A stretch of DNA of 64,000 nt from Moniliella sp. 'wahieum' (taxonomy: Eukaryota). The notes beneath the pieces are model-generated. The model made no database searches. It was not told the origin of the DNA and saw nothing but the letters and a program-made list of their open reading frames with translations. Position numbers and translations under genes: made by a program. The DNA is taken from positions 124,001 through 188,000 of the forward strand of contig RSEE01000037.1 of the NCBI GenBank assembly GCA_003971905.1, in the 5' to 3' direction. Shown piece after piece: positions 49,839 through 63,900 of the stretch (within the stretch, counting starts at the first letter, position 1; each line of letters starts with the position of its first letter).

Positions 49839-51945
49839 ATGTCGACGGCCACGCCCGCCACGTCGCCGCGCCCACACAAGCGCTCTCCGCCGCCGTCGGA
49901 GCAGCCCCCTCTGCTGCCTGCCAAGAAGGCCAAGGCACCCCGCCGCACCATCCTCGTCTGCCCCGAAGCAGGCTGCGAGCAACGCTTCGCTCACCGCGGC
50001 AAGCTCACCCGCCACCTCCGCACCCACACCGGCGAGCGGCCATATGCGTGTGGGTTGTGGGCGCCAGTTCAAGCGTAACGAGCACCTCAAGGCCCATGCC
50101 GCCTTCAAGCACCCCGCCTCGTCTTCCGCCTCTGTTTCTGCTCGGCTGCCCCCGCGGCCGACGCGGCTGGCCAACCGCCCACGCCGCAAGAGCCCTGCTC
50201 CCCCCCCCGGCTGCCCAGCAGCCGCGCTGACGCCCTGCCCAGCAGGGTGGGCGAACACATCTGTCCGCTCCCTGCCGTGCTACCGGGGACTTGCGCGTCT
50301 GGCGGCGCGCCCGCCCGTGCAGACGTGTGGCAAACGCTTTGTAACGGCGCAGCACTTACGGACGCATATGCAGCAGGTGCATGGCTCGAGCCTGATGCTT
50401 CGCGCCCGGGACCCAGCGGGGCCAAGTACGCATGCACGGAATGTGACCAGCGCTTTACCAAGCGGCTACGACTGCGGCGCACATGTGGGATGCGCATGCC
50501 GTGTCTCCTGCCGCGCTTGGGTCCTGCGCAGCGTCCTCGCCAGGACAGGGGGGTCGGCGGTAGGTGGCTTCCCCTGTCCCGAACCAGGGTGTGGGAAACT
50601 GTTCCCTTCCCTCGCTAAGCGCCGTGTGCATGCTAAAACTCACCAGCCAGGACGGTACACCTGTGCCCTTCCCCACACCCTGACGATACCAGACCGCCCG
50701 ATGCGGCACCGGCATCGGCATCGGCACGGTTGCGCCCGACGCCGAGGTTGGTCCCGGCGCAGCGGTCCCCAACCCCAGTTGTAGGGGTAGTACAACTCTC
50801 ACTTTTCCCACTGGAGCGCTCTGCAACAGCATGAAGTCCGCCCACCCCCCGCGCTGCCCGTACCCGCAATGTCAAGGGCGTACATTTGCTTCGCGTGGAG
50901 CGCGCAATGCGCATGTGAAACGGCATGCTGCGCCAGCGCCTCACCATCCATCTGGGGGACGGCCGTCTCTTGCTTCGTCCGCCTCAGGCCAGGATCAAGG
51001 GCCAGGCGCAGCGCCTGGCCCAGCACTAGGCCCAGGACAAGGACAGGAGCTGGAAGGGTATGCGTGTATGTACGCAGCAAGTGGTGTGACAAGCGGTACG
51101 GGTCAAAGAAAGCGTTGGATGTGCATGTACGTGTTCATCACCTTAAAATCCGGCCTTTTGTCTGTGGTCCCGATCCCTTAGCTCTCGTCTTGGCCAAGGC
51201 CCAACGCAACCGCCATCACACCGCAATCGCAACCGCAATCGCAACCCCCCAGTCCCAGTCCCATCCCTCACCTGCCACCCCTCTTGCCACTTGCTCGTCG
51301 TCCAAATATTATCTTTCCACCCTCCCTCTGCGGCTGTACCTGCCTCGCCACCGCCCTCTGTGCCGCCATCCTCCAGCCGGCTGAACAGCGCGCGGTGTGG
51401 GCAACGGTTTGCGCACAAACATCTCCTGCTCAAGCACCAGCGAATCTGTCCTCAGTTCCAAGCCACGCCGCTGCCCCAGCGCCGACGCACACGTCGACCG
51501 AGTCTACGTACCTTTGCTTGTCCCTGGGCGCAGATCGGGCAGCTGCGGGCGCAAGTGCGAGTCCCTGTTTCGCGCGGGACGCGAGCTCGTGTGGACCAAC
51601 AAGCTGGGCAGGAAGGTACCGGAAACCTGGTCGAGTCAAGCCGCGGCAAGAGCAGCAACTCCCGATGAAGATCAGGATGAGGATGGGGAGCAGGAGGAGG
51701 GTGACGAGTATGTGCAGAAGCACGGTGATCGGTGGGAAGTTGAGGAGGAGGGGGAGGGGGACGACGTGGAGGAAGTTGACCAAGAGAGAGGAGGAGGAGG
51801 ATGCGCCGCCAGCTGGAGCGAGGTGTGCAACGCCCGTTTTGCGCGTTTGTACGATGTGCGGCGCCACGTGCGTGCGGCACATGGGGTCGAGCTTAGTCCG
51901 GAGGAGGTGGAGGTGCTGTACGACCAAAAGGCAAGTGAGGGATGA
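49839..51945 (+). CDS. PZF1: Transcription factor IIIA-like protein with about 10 C2H2 fingers (frameshifted)
   Basis: Fingers CPEAGC..HLRTHTGERPY, GCGRQFKRNEHLKAH, CGKRFVTAQHLRTH, CPEPGCGKLF, WSALQQHMKSAHPPRC (TFIIIA-like), CDKRYGSKKALDVH, CGQRFAHKHLL, and a distal CNARFARLYDVRRH. Confidence 0.8.
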
Positions 51946-51959
51946 CGTTTATTGTGAAT

Positions 51960-52010
51960 GAGATGATGAAGATGAAGATGATGATGATAATGAAGATGAA
52001 GATGAGGATG
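51960..52010 (+). repeat. (GAT/GAA)n trinucleotide repeat
   Basis: Directly visible. Confidence 0.8.
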
Positions 52011-54207
52011 GAGCAATGCGGGTCCTTCTTCCCACTGAACCCCAACTTCTTTGCCTCCAACGTGGGGATGGCGAAGCGAAAGAGCGACATTTGCGCGTCT
52101 CGCTGCATGAGTCTTGGTTCCTCTCCCCTGATACATCTGATCTATGAGCCCACACGATCCCGACGAGGTAGTGTGGGTTCACTTGATGCAGGTTGTGCGG
52201 CCGGCGGGGGTAAGGCTGGGAACCAGCAATAACGTTATGCTCCCCCCCCGGTGGTCCTCCTTGGGGGGGAAGATGGTTGCGTATTAGCCACCACAGTGTA
52301 TGGTGCAGACTACCGATCCCATCAGGATGCTCCACACTTGGTTCCCGTCCCCTCAGATCTTATCTCATCCGTATGACATGGGACAAGAAAGCTGGGGATG
52401 ATAATGCATTGCCGGGAGATACTCTCTTCCCGTTTTGCATTGACAGGGGAAAAAGAAAAGAAGAGGAGCGCAGTGTCTAAACTGGCAGTAAGATCTAAGA
52501 GGAGACACTATATGGTGCGAAAAAAGAGAAGAAGAGCTCGGCAGAGGCTGAGCTGGGCTGTTATGCTAGAGCAGAGGCTAGAGCGCAGACCGTTTTCAGG
52601 CTCTCGCAATCGCTTCGATGACGGTTGACGTTTTGTGTGACATGTGACATGTGACGAAGCTTGAGCTTGATGAACTCGATAAACTTGGATGCAATGTGCT
52701 TCCTGGCTTTGACTGTGTGTACTGGACCAAAAGGGGGTATCACGAAGTGGGGGGGTGAGATTGAGAAGGATCTTAGGAGAAGTAACTAGCTCCACAAGCT
52801 AGTAGGAGCTGGGGATGTACTCGATGATCGATGAGGCTGAGCCATCTCCTGAGGCCGTCGGTTCGATGGGGACGAGCGAGGTTACCGGTGACCGGTGATC
52901 GATGGTCATCGATCATGTGGTATGCATATGGCAGGTACGAGACAGCACAGAGGTTCTTGTTCTTCTTTTTTAGAGACAAGGCCCGAGGGCCCCAATCGAA
53001 CAACCATGTGCGCTCCATCTATCCATCTGAGATCTGAGGTTGATGAGTAACAGGGTGAGGATGCACGAGGCAATGTGCATCTGCCATGCTGCCTCCCATG
53101 TCTCTTGGAGCCAAGTGAAGATGACGTCTGCCGAAGCAACGGGGGAGAGGGGGGAAGGGGGAGGATGTGCAGATGGCCACACGGTGCAACAGGTGTCATA
53201 TATACCACCAAGCTTCAAGACCCACACAATGCACCTGTCGCACGGACATCTCGGTGACCGAGTAAGGCACAGGGGCTGTGGGGTGCTGTGGCTACCGCAT
53301 GGTCCGTCGACGTAGGGACTGCGCAAGCTCCATTGATTCGACCAGCAATCTTCGGCCACTCCGCCGCCTACAATAAGTAACACAGGGACTTCCGCTGGTT
53401 CCTGCCCTGAGGCGTGCATCACGCATGCGGCGGGTGTATCGAGTAGCGAGGCATGGAAATGCTGGTACTGATGCAATAGGGATTGTATGGGACGATGGAT
53501 GATCCATGGCGGCGATGCCGAGGAGCCAAGCGAAGCCAAGGTGCCAAGGCAGCCAAGGCAAAACGCCCGAAGGAGCATCGACCATCTATAGGCTCCATAT
53601 CCCATCCTAGTGCTGCGCTAAGCGAAGCTTTCGGAGAGCTACGCTCAGCTCAGCAGCCGCACACGCGCCTGTGCGCCCTAACCCGCGCATGCTCCGTGCC
53701 TCGTCTGCGGCACCGTACTGGCGCACTGTCGCACTGACGGGTGACATGTGACGCATGACGAGCCACCCCCTGCAGCCTGCTGCTTCAGGCAGTGCAGCCC
53801 CGCACCCACCGCACGCTGAACCCCAAGCACTGCGGCTGTCTTCGGTCGAATCATGCGTGCGACACGGGCGCCCTGCCCCCATGTGCGCTTGGCACGGCAC
53901 TCGGATATGCCGCTGATCATCCCCCAACCACCCGCACAGCGCCAGTGTCGCGTCCTGTCCTGCCCCCCGGCCTCACCATGTGGCAGCGCTGGCACACTGC
54001 CCCCGCGCCGCACATGCCATCATCGGCCATTGCATCATCGACCGTGGCGGCGGCCTCAGCAGGGCTCAGCCGAGCGCTGACGCGCACTGCGCCCCCTGCC
54101 GCCGGCCGATGATCTGCTCCCGGCGCCATAAATACTAGCAGGCCTAGCCCCTCGCGCCCCGACGCGCCCCTGCCTTCCGCCTCTCGCCCCCCCCTAACCC
54201 CCCACCG

Positions 54208-56030
54208 ATGAAGCTTGCTCCCCTCGTTGCGCTTGCCCTGGCCGTCGTCGCCAGCGGCGTCGATGCCGTTGCGATTCCGCGCGACATGGTGCTCAAGGAG
54301 CGTGTTGTTGCTCCCCGTGGCTGGGTGCGTCGCGCCGCCGTCGCCGACGAAACGCCAGCCACCTTCCGCCTCGGCCTTGCGCGCCGCGGCATCGACCAGC
54401 TCGAAGCCAAGATCCAGCAAGTGAGCGATCCCGACAGTGCCCAGTACGGCCAGTGGCTCAGCAAGGACGAGGTGGATGGGCTGACGGCGCCTTCGGCCCA
54501 GGCTCGCGCTGCTGTCGCCGACTGGCTCGCCGAGCACGGCCTGCAGGACGACGTTGCCCGTCGCTCCGTGGCCGGCGACATTACAGTCCACACCACCTAC
54601 GGCCAAGCGCGCGACCTGCTCGGCTCCCAGTTCCACACTTACCAGCACCGCGAGACGGGCGAGGTGGTGGTCCGGACCGAGGAGGTGAACCTGCCCCGTT
54701 CGGTCGCTGACCACATTGACGTCGTCTACCCTTCCACCAACTTTGGTCGTCCGCGCAGCCAGCGCGCCACCAACATTTTCAATGGGTTTGAAAGTGACCT
54801 GTTTGAGTCGGCGCGTGTCTCGCTTTCGTCCCATTCCAGCCAGAACGGCGCCCCGGCCTCGTGCCAACTGAATGCGACCACACTCCCGTGCGTCCAGGAG
54901 CTGTACAAGACCCCCAACGCCACCTTGCAAGCCAAGACGGGCGCATCGCGATTGGCCATTGCGGGTTTCCTCGAGGAGTGGGCCAACTACCAGGACTATG
55001 CCGAGTTCAAGGACCGTCTCGCGCCCTACGCCAAGCAGTTTGCGTACAAGACGCTCACCATCAACGGCGGCAAGAACAACCAGTCGGTTGCCGCGGCCGG
55101 TGTGGAGGCCAACTTGGACGTTCAAGCCGCGCTCTTGTCTTACCCCGTGCCGACGACCTACTACTCGGTTGGTGGCCGCGGTTCTTGGGTCAACCAAACC
55201 GACACGCCCAGCAACACCAATGAGCCGTACGCAGCGTTTCTCGAGCATCTACTCAACTTGCCCGATGAGCACTTGCCGCAAGTCGTTTCCCACTCGTACG
55301 ACGACGACGAGTACTCGGTCGCGCCTTCCTATGCTCAGCGTGTTTGCCAGGACATTCTGCTTGTCACGGTTCGTGGCACGACGGCCGTGTTTGCTTCGGG
55401 TGACTATGGTGTGGGCGCCAAGGACGCATGCGAGGTCAATGGCAAGAAGACTTTCCTGCCGCAGTTCCCTTCGACCTGCCCCTGGGCCCTGTCGGTCGGT
55501 GCGACGCAAGCGTACGCGCCCGAGGTGGCTGTGGGCGCCGACGTTGCTGGCTTCTACAGTGGCGGTGGGTTCTCCACTGGTCTGTTCAAGCGTCCGTGGT
55601 ACCAAGAAGCCGCTGTGGGCGCCTACGTGGCTGGCTTGGACGATGCGCTGAAACCGTACTACAATGCTTCGGGGCGGGGTGTGCCGGACGTATCGGCGCA
55701 AGGGTCCAAGTACCTGATTCGGGTTGGGGGTAAGTGGGGCTTGGTCGGTGGCACGTCCGCTGCCACTCCGACGTTTGCCGCCGTGTTGGCCTTGTTGAAC
55801 GATGCTCGTGCGGCCAAGGGGATCCCTTCGCTCGGGTTTGTCAACCCGTTGCTCTACAAGCGTGGCCAGGCCGGCTTGAACGACATTGTTTCCGGTTCGT
55901 CGGCCGGGTGCGGCGAGCTGCCCGCCCCGGCCAACCGGGTTTCCCGGCCAAAAAGGGCTGGGACGCCGTCACGGGCCTCGGTACCCCCGATTACGAAAAG
56001 TTGGAGAAGATCGTCACCTTTAACCTTTAA
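54208..56030 (+). CDS. Secreted S53 (sedolisin/tripeptidyl peptidase 1-like) protease
   Basis: Signal peptide MKLAPLVALALAVV; prodomain VSDPDSAQYGQWLS; EANLDVQ, FASGD.G, FP.TCPW..SVGAT, GRGVPDVSAQG, GGTSAATP, GWDAVTGLGTP (last motif after a frameshift). Confidence 0.96.
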
Positions 56031-56339
56031 GAGGGCAAGGGAGTCGGTACCGGCCCAAGAGGGGACCAATGGTCAATGATCAATGGTTAATGCTTTCATG
56101 ACGGTCGGTGGGATAACATGCTTGATCGCATATACTCGTTGGACTCAACGAGGGGCACTCTTTCTTGAATCGTTCTCTCTTTTCTCTCTCTCTCTCTCTC
56201 TCTTTCCCTCCAAACACACTCTCGCTCTCTGACAGCTATGCTCTGATGCTAGCCTTCCGACATGACGCATGACGAGTCGGAGGGTCCCCATTCTTTTCTT
56301 TGTCCTGTTTCACAGTAATGACCCCTTTCTTCATCACCT

Positions 56340-56976
56340 TCATGTCGTCCCCGAGAACCTACCTAATCCTATGTAGGCTAGACCAGTGGTTGCATCGGTA
56401 CCATCCAATGCACCCCCAACCGATTCGCCCAGTCCAAGTCTGGCCGTCTGCCCTCGCCCTAGGAGACGATTATCAACGCCCATCTGCCGGCTTCCGAACC
56501 AGAGTGTAGCGTACGTGTACCCTCCGACCGAGGAGAACTGCGCCGTGGACTTGGCACTAGCAACACACCGGCTGCGTATAGTAGGGAGTAGCACACCAGA
56601 CGATAAGAGCGGTAGGGAAGAATTCGGGGGAGCGAAGAGGATGAGGGTGGTGGTCACGACACGGGAGGGACTGAGAGAAGGATGACCTACGAAGAGGAGA
56701 TTATAACCTTGACGTTCCCTCACGGTATACGGCTAGGCGGGTCAAAACAGGCAGGTCTGCAGTGGGCAACTGTCAGGTATCAGTACTCAGCCGCGAGGGA
56801 ATGTCAACGGATCCGAGTTGACGGTGCCATCTTTATGGATCGATGTTGGCGCGCTTCGTATGCCACAGCGTAGGCCGGGGCCAGGAGGGGGATTGTACGG
56901 ATTCTGTTGGGGTGGTATAAGGTCCATTTGAGGGGGAGGACTACTGTAGAGTTACTAAGTACTAGTACTAGTTACA
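56340..56976 (+). mobile_element. Possible decayed Ty3/Gypsy (chromovirus) 3' end
   Basis: Weak likenesses to GPY/F (RLDQWLHRYHP) and chromodomain (YEEEII...QW) motifs, followed by TTTGAGGGGGAGGACTAC-TGT (PPT then LTR start). Confidence 0.3.
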
Positions 56977-57997
56977 GATGACCATCTATATAGTGTGCAT
57001 CTATCTCAGCCTAGTAGTCTCCAACCATCATGAGGATACCAACGAAGTAACGAGGTCAATAGAAGGTTTCTAATTGCCTGACATGATGCCATGATGATGG
57101 TGTAAAACCTCATGGGCCTCATGGCACCCACACACAAGAGTATAAACTGCAGAGGCAGTGAAGACAACTAACGGAAAACGAACAGACAACTAACATGAAT
57201 ACAGGGGGGGCATTGCGAGTCAAAGCGCGGGAAGAGCTGCTGATACAACCAATCGATAATTCCACGGCCGTCCAAGGGAAGATGCCAGGGACATGTCTGC
57301 AGTGGGATGCAAATAAAACCACAGGCCGAAGCTGCCAGATCCCAGTGGAAAACCACAAGGCAAAAGATACTGTTGTTACTAGGGGGCTTAGGACGCCAGA
57401 ACTGGATGGCAGCATGATACACAGCATGAGACCGGGGATATGGCGCGCCACTGCTAGGACGCGCGGGGACTGTCCCACAGTATAGCGCATCCGCTGCCGT
57501 GCCCAATATTATAGGCCAAAAGGTTCTCATGTTTTGCTGTTTCGATGTTGCAATGTTGATATGAGTTGCCATGGTTCGATCCATCCCCTGTACTCCCTCC
57601 CCCATCCAATCGAAACCACCCTTGTGCACCTCCCAATGCCGGCCCATTTCCCGGGCCGCCTGTGCGTGCCCACGTTCCCACGTTGGAATACATGCATCAC
57701 GCTTTAGTAACTACGACCCCGCGATGCTCAGAACAGATAGGAAAGCCCCGAGGGACAGAGTGGATTGGTACAGATTGGTACAGACTCGGAGGTCCTGGCC
57801 GTGGAGGCCCAGGTAGGCAATCATACTCTCCCGTATGACATGATGACAAGAGGGGGTATAGGGGGGGGGGGGGGGGTGCCACTGTGGACAGACGGGAGAG
57901 TGGCTACCGTAGCCCCCCCCCCTACCCTCCCCCCATAGCTCTCTCTCTTTTTGGAGCACAATGTAAAGAAGTGTCCAGTCCACGCACAGGCCATGCA

Positions 57998-60900
57998 TCA
58001 CCCGAAGCGAGTAGCCATAGCTTCGTACACAGCCCATTTGCCCGATGGCGAAGGTCCTTGGCTGCGTGCCTTTTCGACCCGCTGGTACAGCCGTGGATCA
58101 TACCCAAGCGCGCGGTCCAGGCTGCAGACACAGGGCCACTGGTCAGTGCTGCTCCGTACGTAGGCAGAGCCAACAAATGGCATCAAACGAAACAAAAGGA
58201 AATGAAAGGAAACGAAAGGAAACGAAACGTACTGCTTTGGAACGTCTCCCCACGGGTGGCCGACATAAAGATGAGCGCCATAAGGTGAGCGTTGATGGCG
58301 AGGGTGCGTACAAACATGGGCAACTTATCCTCCGAAATGACTATGCCGTCTCCCACGGGGGAGAAGCTGGGCATACCCTGTGCCCGTTGGAGCGTTACGC
58401 GATCTGAACAGGACAGTCACCCCAGTCAATATCAAACAGCATAAAATGGAGCGCGCGGGGGGGGGATACGCACAAGAACAAGACTGGATCCCACTCTCAT
58501 GTCCAGGAGAGACCGATCCCAGTCCCGCCACCGCGTGCGTCGGGAGAAATGACAATGTTGACCATGTACTGGCTGTAGCGGGACGCGAGCAATCCAAACG
58601 GATACTCTTGTCCCGACTCGTTCCAGATGATGTGCACAAGGTCATGGCGGACGGGGGAAAGTTTGTTGGCAAAGTGAGAGCGGGATGGAAGGTTGGGCAT
58701 CATGGTTGGAACATGGAAGAAGACTTGGGTCATCTCGTCGTCCCACATGTACATGTGCCGACCATGGTCGTGAGCGTTGAGTCCGCCTGTGTTTTGGGTT
58801 TTGGCTTCGGGCGTGTCCAACTGCACCAACTTGCTGCCCATGCGCGCAACAAAGCGGGCATAAGCAGTGGAGCCATACACGTTGCTTAGGATCTCATCTG
58901 GCGTCGCCTGGCCAGAACCAACAAAGAGCACGGCAATCGACTTGGAGTCCAACACGGGCGCCGTGTCCAGCCGAGTGAGAGCAGATGTGGCAAGCGAGTT
59001 GGACGCGCTCACAGCCACGGGCAACTTGTGCACGTCCACATCCGGGTAGCCCGTCATGATTAGCTCAATAAACGCCGGATCGAGAACACGATGAGAAACT
59101 AAATTGACAGAGACCAGTTGTGACTCGGCATCTTTTGACCCTGCCTCCACACGTCCTCAATCACCGCCCGTACGTTGTCGATCTCCCCAGCCGGACGCGG
59201 CTCGTAAGGCGAGGCGGGCAAGTGGCCCTCTTTGTCTTTGGACCGCGAACTAGTTTCCTTACCCGCCGCCTCCTTCGCCTTGATTCGAGCCAACTTTTTG
59301 TCCCCGGGCGACCGGTACGGAGGAATGAACAGGTGGCTCGAATTGTTCTCTGGAACGAAGAACACACCCTGTTCCTCCAATCTAGGCTTGCTGCCGAATG
59401 ATGCGCGCCTTCTCCTCCCCTCGGCGGCCACTCCGGAGAAGGGTAAGGAAGGAGCGAGGTAGATGGGCCGATCTCCCCCAGACCGATTGGCCAAGAGCAG
59501 CTCGGGTGTGTCCTGAAACTCGGGGTCGCGCAGGGCGGGATCCGAATCTTCGTTCTCCACCTTGAGAAGGAACGCCTCGGTGCCGGACGGACGACGGATC
59601 ACGACCTCGCACCAGCGCCTCCGTTGCAAGGCCGAGATGGTGATGGTCGAGTGAGGGTAAATGTAAGTTTTGGTCACTGCCGCATCTTGTCCTGTCCGCT
59701 GCCCACTTGTGCCCGCCCGATGCTCCCGTCCCGACAGGGCACCAAACAAGGTGGTGTTGATAAAGGAACGCGTTGGGTAGGGACGGGCATTGGCAAATGT
59801 AGCTCGTGTAATGTAGTCGAGTAGGACAATCGTCTCTTCCTCCTTGGCCTTGGTAGCCAGTAGCCGGTCTGTGATAAAAGGGACATACTTGATCCGTTCG
59901 GCGGGCTCGACCCGATTGAAAAACAGAGTCAAGACATAATGAGCTTGGCTCGCCACATACCGGGTCAACGCCCTTGCGGAAGGTGACGATGCCGACGCGC
60001 CCGACTCCAGGGCAGTGGGCTGGGACGGCGCAACAAACTGCAAAGCGATCAAGAAGGCGCGCTTGTACTCGTCCTCCTTGAACGTGCGGTAGGCCCCAGG
60101 GGAATGGGCAATGAGGATCATGATCTCAAGAATGTGGACCGACATGGCAAGGCTGCCTGCTGCCTGCTGCAAGGCTACCAGAACAGTGGGCAGCACAGCT
60201 GCAAACGACAGGGGAAGTTGGAGAGCGCTGAGCGCGAGCCCACGCGCACAAGCCAACGCCGCCGACTCGGCAAGACCAAGGCCATGGACAAAGGTCAATA
60301 CCATCTCGTCTCGCTGGGCCGGGGCAAACAGGGTTCGATACCCAATCAGTGCCTGCAGCGTAGCGTACCCAATCGCCGTCACATCGACTCGTTTGACTTG
60401 CCACGGAAGCTGGGCCTGCGTCACCAGCTTGTTCTCCGGAGGGAGGTGGCTGACGAGCAACGTACCGAGCCGCTGCAGCTCTGGGTCACATCGCGGACCG
60501 CAAAAGAGGTAGCAGTTGGTCAATTGGTGCGGCAGATGAGCCAAGACATAGGATACCAAGTCCCAGTCCTCCTCCGCCTGCAAGATCAAGAGATAGACAG
60601 CCAACAATTCACTCACCGGCAGTGCCTGCCCCCCACCGTCAGAAATGGTCTTCTCCGATCCTCGGCCGTCGTGTCTACCGAGCGCGGGATCGGGCAGTTG
60701 GTCTTGACCACCTCTGAACGTGCCATTGCTGGCGGAAGCTCAAAGTGAATTCGCTGGGGCAGATGCCAGTGCAGGCGGGTACGTTCCCGATCCAAGTCGG
60801 ACGTGGGCTTGACGGACGCGAGACCCCTCGCGTGTGCGGGCGGTAGAAGACTCTGTGCGGCGCGAACGACCACGCGACTCGTCCCGCCCAACACTGGAGG

Positions 60901-63900
60901 GTGCATCTTCCCATCCCCGCTCGGATGTCCGGCCTACTCGAGGAGCCGGGTCGTCAAGGTCAATGTGCACCGTGTGGTCACGGCCAATGAGCTGGGCATG
61001 TGGCTCAATAAACTCGTCAATGTCCTGGATCATGCACAGCGGTGTTGGCTGTCGGCACGCAAACGCAAGGCCCACTGCAGAGCGACCAACCGGGCTCCAA
61101 TGGCGTCTTCCCCCATTGGGCGTTGGCGTTGGATTGGCATTCGCCCCGGCCGACACGGGGGCGGGCGAAATGAATTCGACAATGTCCCGAAAGAGAGTGA
61201 TTGCACACTTGCGAGCTGCCAACGCTTGGTCCGTCCCCAGGCCTAAACCACCATCCCTATCGGCCGCACTGAGGGGTGCAGACGGTTCCCACTGCGCCGT
61301 GAATGCGATGCGATGAAAGATCGCAATCAAGGTCGAAACGGCATGAACCGTGACAGGCACTTCAGCCCGGTTGTTGGAGTGGAGACAGAAGACGTACCGC
61401 CCTTCTTTCGGCCCCTTGGCTTGGCGCACCACCTTGTTGAGTAAGAGGCGAATGGAAGTGAAAACGCGCTCTGCCTCGTTCGGTACCTCGGAGGAGTCTG
61501 GCCGATCGGTCTCCCGCGGACGATTGATCGGGTTCCCTTCCATATTGGGAGGAGGTTCAGACGAAGTGAGGGTGCCTGGAGCTTGTACGGAAGAGGGGGC
61601 AGAAGGCTTGCCAGCCAGACTTGCCATCAAGCTTCCCGAGGAAGCGAGCGTTTCCAAAACCTTAGGGACGAGCACGTCGTCTGGCGTGCCGAGGAGAACC
61701 TCTTCGGCCAACGGCAGGATGACTTCTGTCATGAGAGGGACGTGAAACTCGATCAAGTCGGCAATGGTGGGGTAGACTCGGTCAAAGAGAAGCTCGATTA
61801 ACAAGGCGCGTGCTTTGGGCGCTGGTACCGAACCAAATGGACGGGGGGAGGGACCGATGCGGTAGAGCAGGGCCGAGACGAGCGCGTTCCAATTGTGAAT
61901 CCACTGCGGGAAACAAGGCAGGACCAGCTTGTGCTCGTAATAATACCGCACCATTCGCTCTGCATCGTCATCGGGGAAGGACCAGAGGAGTTGGAGGAGC
62001 AAATCAGCCCAGCCTTGAGACCAGGGGATAACGTATTTCATCCCTGTTTGGGGTACGCTCCCCGTCACAGCAGCGGGCGGAAGGGGTGAAGGAGCAAGGT
62101 GGAAAATGGAAGTCAAATCCGTCGAAAACCGGCACTCGCTGACCAAGAGCAGGAACGCCTCCACCACAGGGTGTTCGCGATCGGCTTGGAGTTTAGGGGC
62201 GAGCCACTTGGTCTGTTGGGAGGTTGTTCCAAGCGCCCCTAATACAGGCGTACCGGTGGGGTTGCCGGTCGATGTGGCCAACTGATAGGACTGGCGCAGG
62301 GACTGAGCCCGCTTGTTGGTGAGAAGAAGAGCGTCAAGACAATGTCCCAATCGGACCATGTGGTGGGAGTGAGGCATTGCAATTCGGTCTGCACCCTGCA
62401 CGTACCATGGGGCATTTGTTGTCCCACGTCCTCGGGTCCTGCCGCTTCGACAGGCAAGATGGAACGGTAGAACGAGATCATCTCCATATCCACCATCTCG
62501 TCGCCCAATGAGGCCAACGTCTTGAGAGCAGGAGAGAGGATGTGCAAACTTAACAGGACCGGCAGTCCGCGTTGAGCAGAAGACGACCGGGACGAAGGGA
62601 CTGATATGGTAGAGGTTTGCATGTGCTGATCCACGTACCGTGCCGCATGAATCATGTACCGAAGGCCGCCGACAACAAGTGAAAGCTCCAAGAGGGGCTC
62701 CTCTACAGAAACAAGTGCCATACCCGCCAATCGATCCACCACCGCACGAAGAGTTAAGTTACCATAGAAGGAAGACAGCAGCTTATCTTCCATCGCATAT
62801 ACCCTGGCGGACAAGGAGGAGTCATCGACTAAACCCAGCTGGTCACGCCCAAGGATGCGGGACAGACAAACGGACAGCGGCGCCAACGTCGGAGGAGGAA
62901 AGATACCGAAAGAAATAACCGTCTCGAAGAGTGACAGGATAAGATGTAGCTCCCTAGGGCGTAACATAGCGAGTGGGTGCGTTGTAGGGCCTGTTGGGGG
63001 CGAGACAGCGGCAGCGTTACTCAAAGAACCTGGGGGTGATTGTGCGGAGGCCGGCGCTACAACGGGGGCGGGCTGAAAGATGTTAGAACTCCGTTTGCGA
63101 AGTGCCGCTGCGGGCGTTGCAGGGGAGCCAACAGCGGGTGCAGAGGGAGGAGGAGCCCGGGATGAGGGCTGCTCCCCCGTACCCGAGTGAGGGAGGTGCT
63201 CCATGAACTACGCTCCTTTCGGACGGTGGATTGGGACAGAGGCGACTTCACCGGGGCGGCATCCGGGGCAGAGACTGGGGAGGTCGGATCAATACCTTGC
63301 AGGGACTCACGTGGAGCAAGGGGACACCGTTGAGGATTGGAAACGGCACAAACGGCCATCAACATGTCTTGGACGGCCACCAACGGCACCTTGGCGAAAT
63401 TAAACTCAACGACAGAAAAAACAGCTCAATAAGCGAGGAAAATGTTCGCTCTTCTTGCAACATGGGGTCGTACCGCAAGTCATGGTGCAAAGGAGGTTCG
63501 GTGTCTGACAAGGTCTCCATACCATCCCTCACCCGAAATAAGTTTGTAGACGACTCAATGAAGAGGCTGTGCACCGTTTGGAGTAGCTCTGGGAATGGAA
63601 GAATGTCCCTCCCTTCTCGTGTGAGTACCAAAATGGCACGCACTTGGACCGAGCGCACCACAGGCCGGGGGATCAGTTCGTCCGTACTTGGTGGGAGTGC
63701 GTCCACTTGGGTGGAAGATGGAGAGAGGGGCGTTGATGATACAGGAATGGGCGCACGAGGATCCGAAACACGCTCCGCATCAGAAATGGATGTCTGTGCT
63801 GGCCCCTTTTGCACTGCCCTGCGTAGTGATGGGAGGGGGGAGAGGGAGTAAAGCGAGGACAAGGAGATAGAACGATCGCCTCTCGGGAGATGTGAGCGAG

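Noticed and set aside
53917..55248. 443-aa ORF antisense to the S53 protease
   Set aside because: Shadow frame produced by high-GC3 codon usage on the sense gene; no motifs
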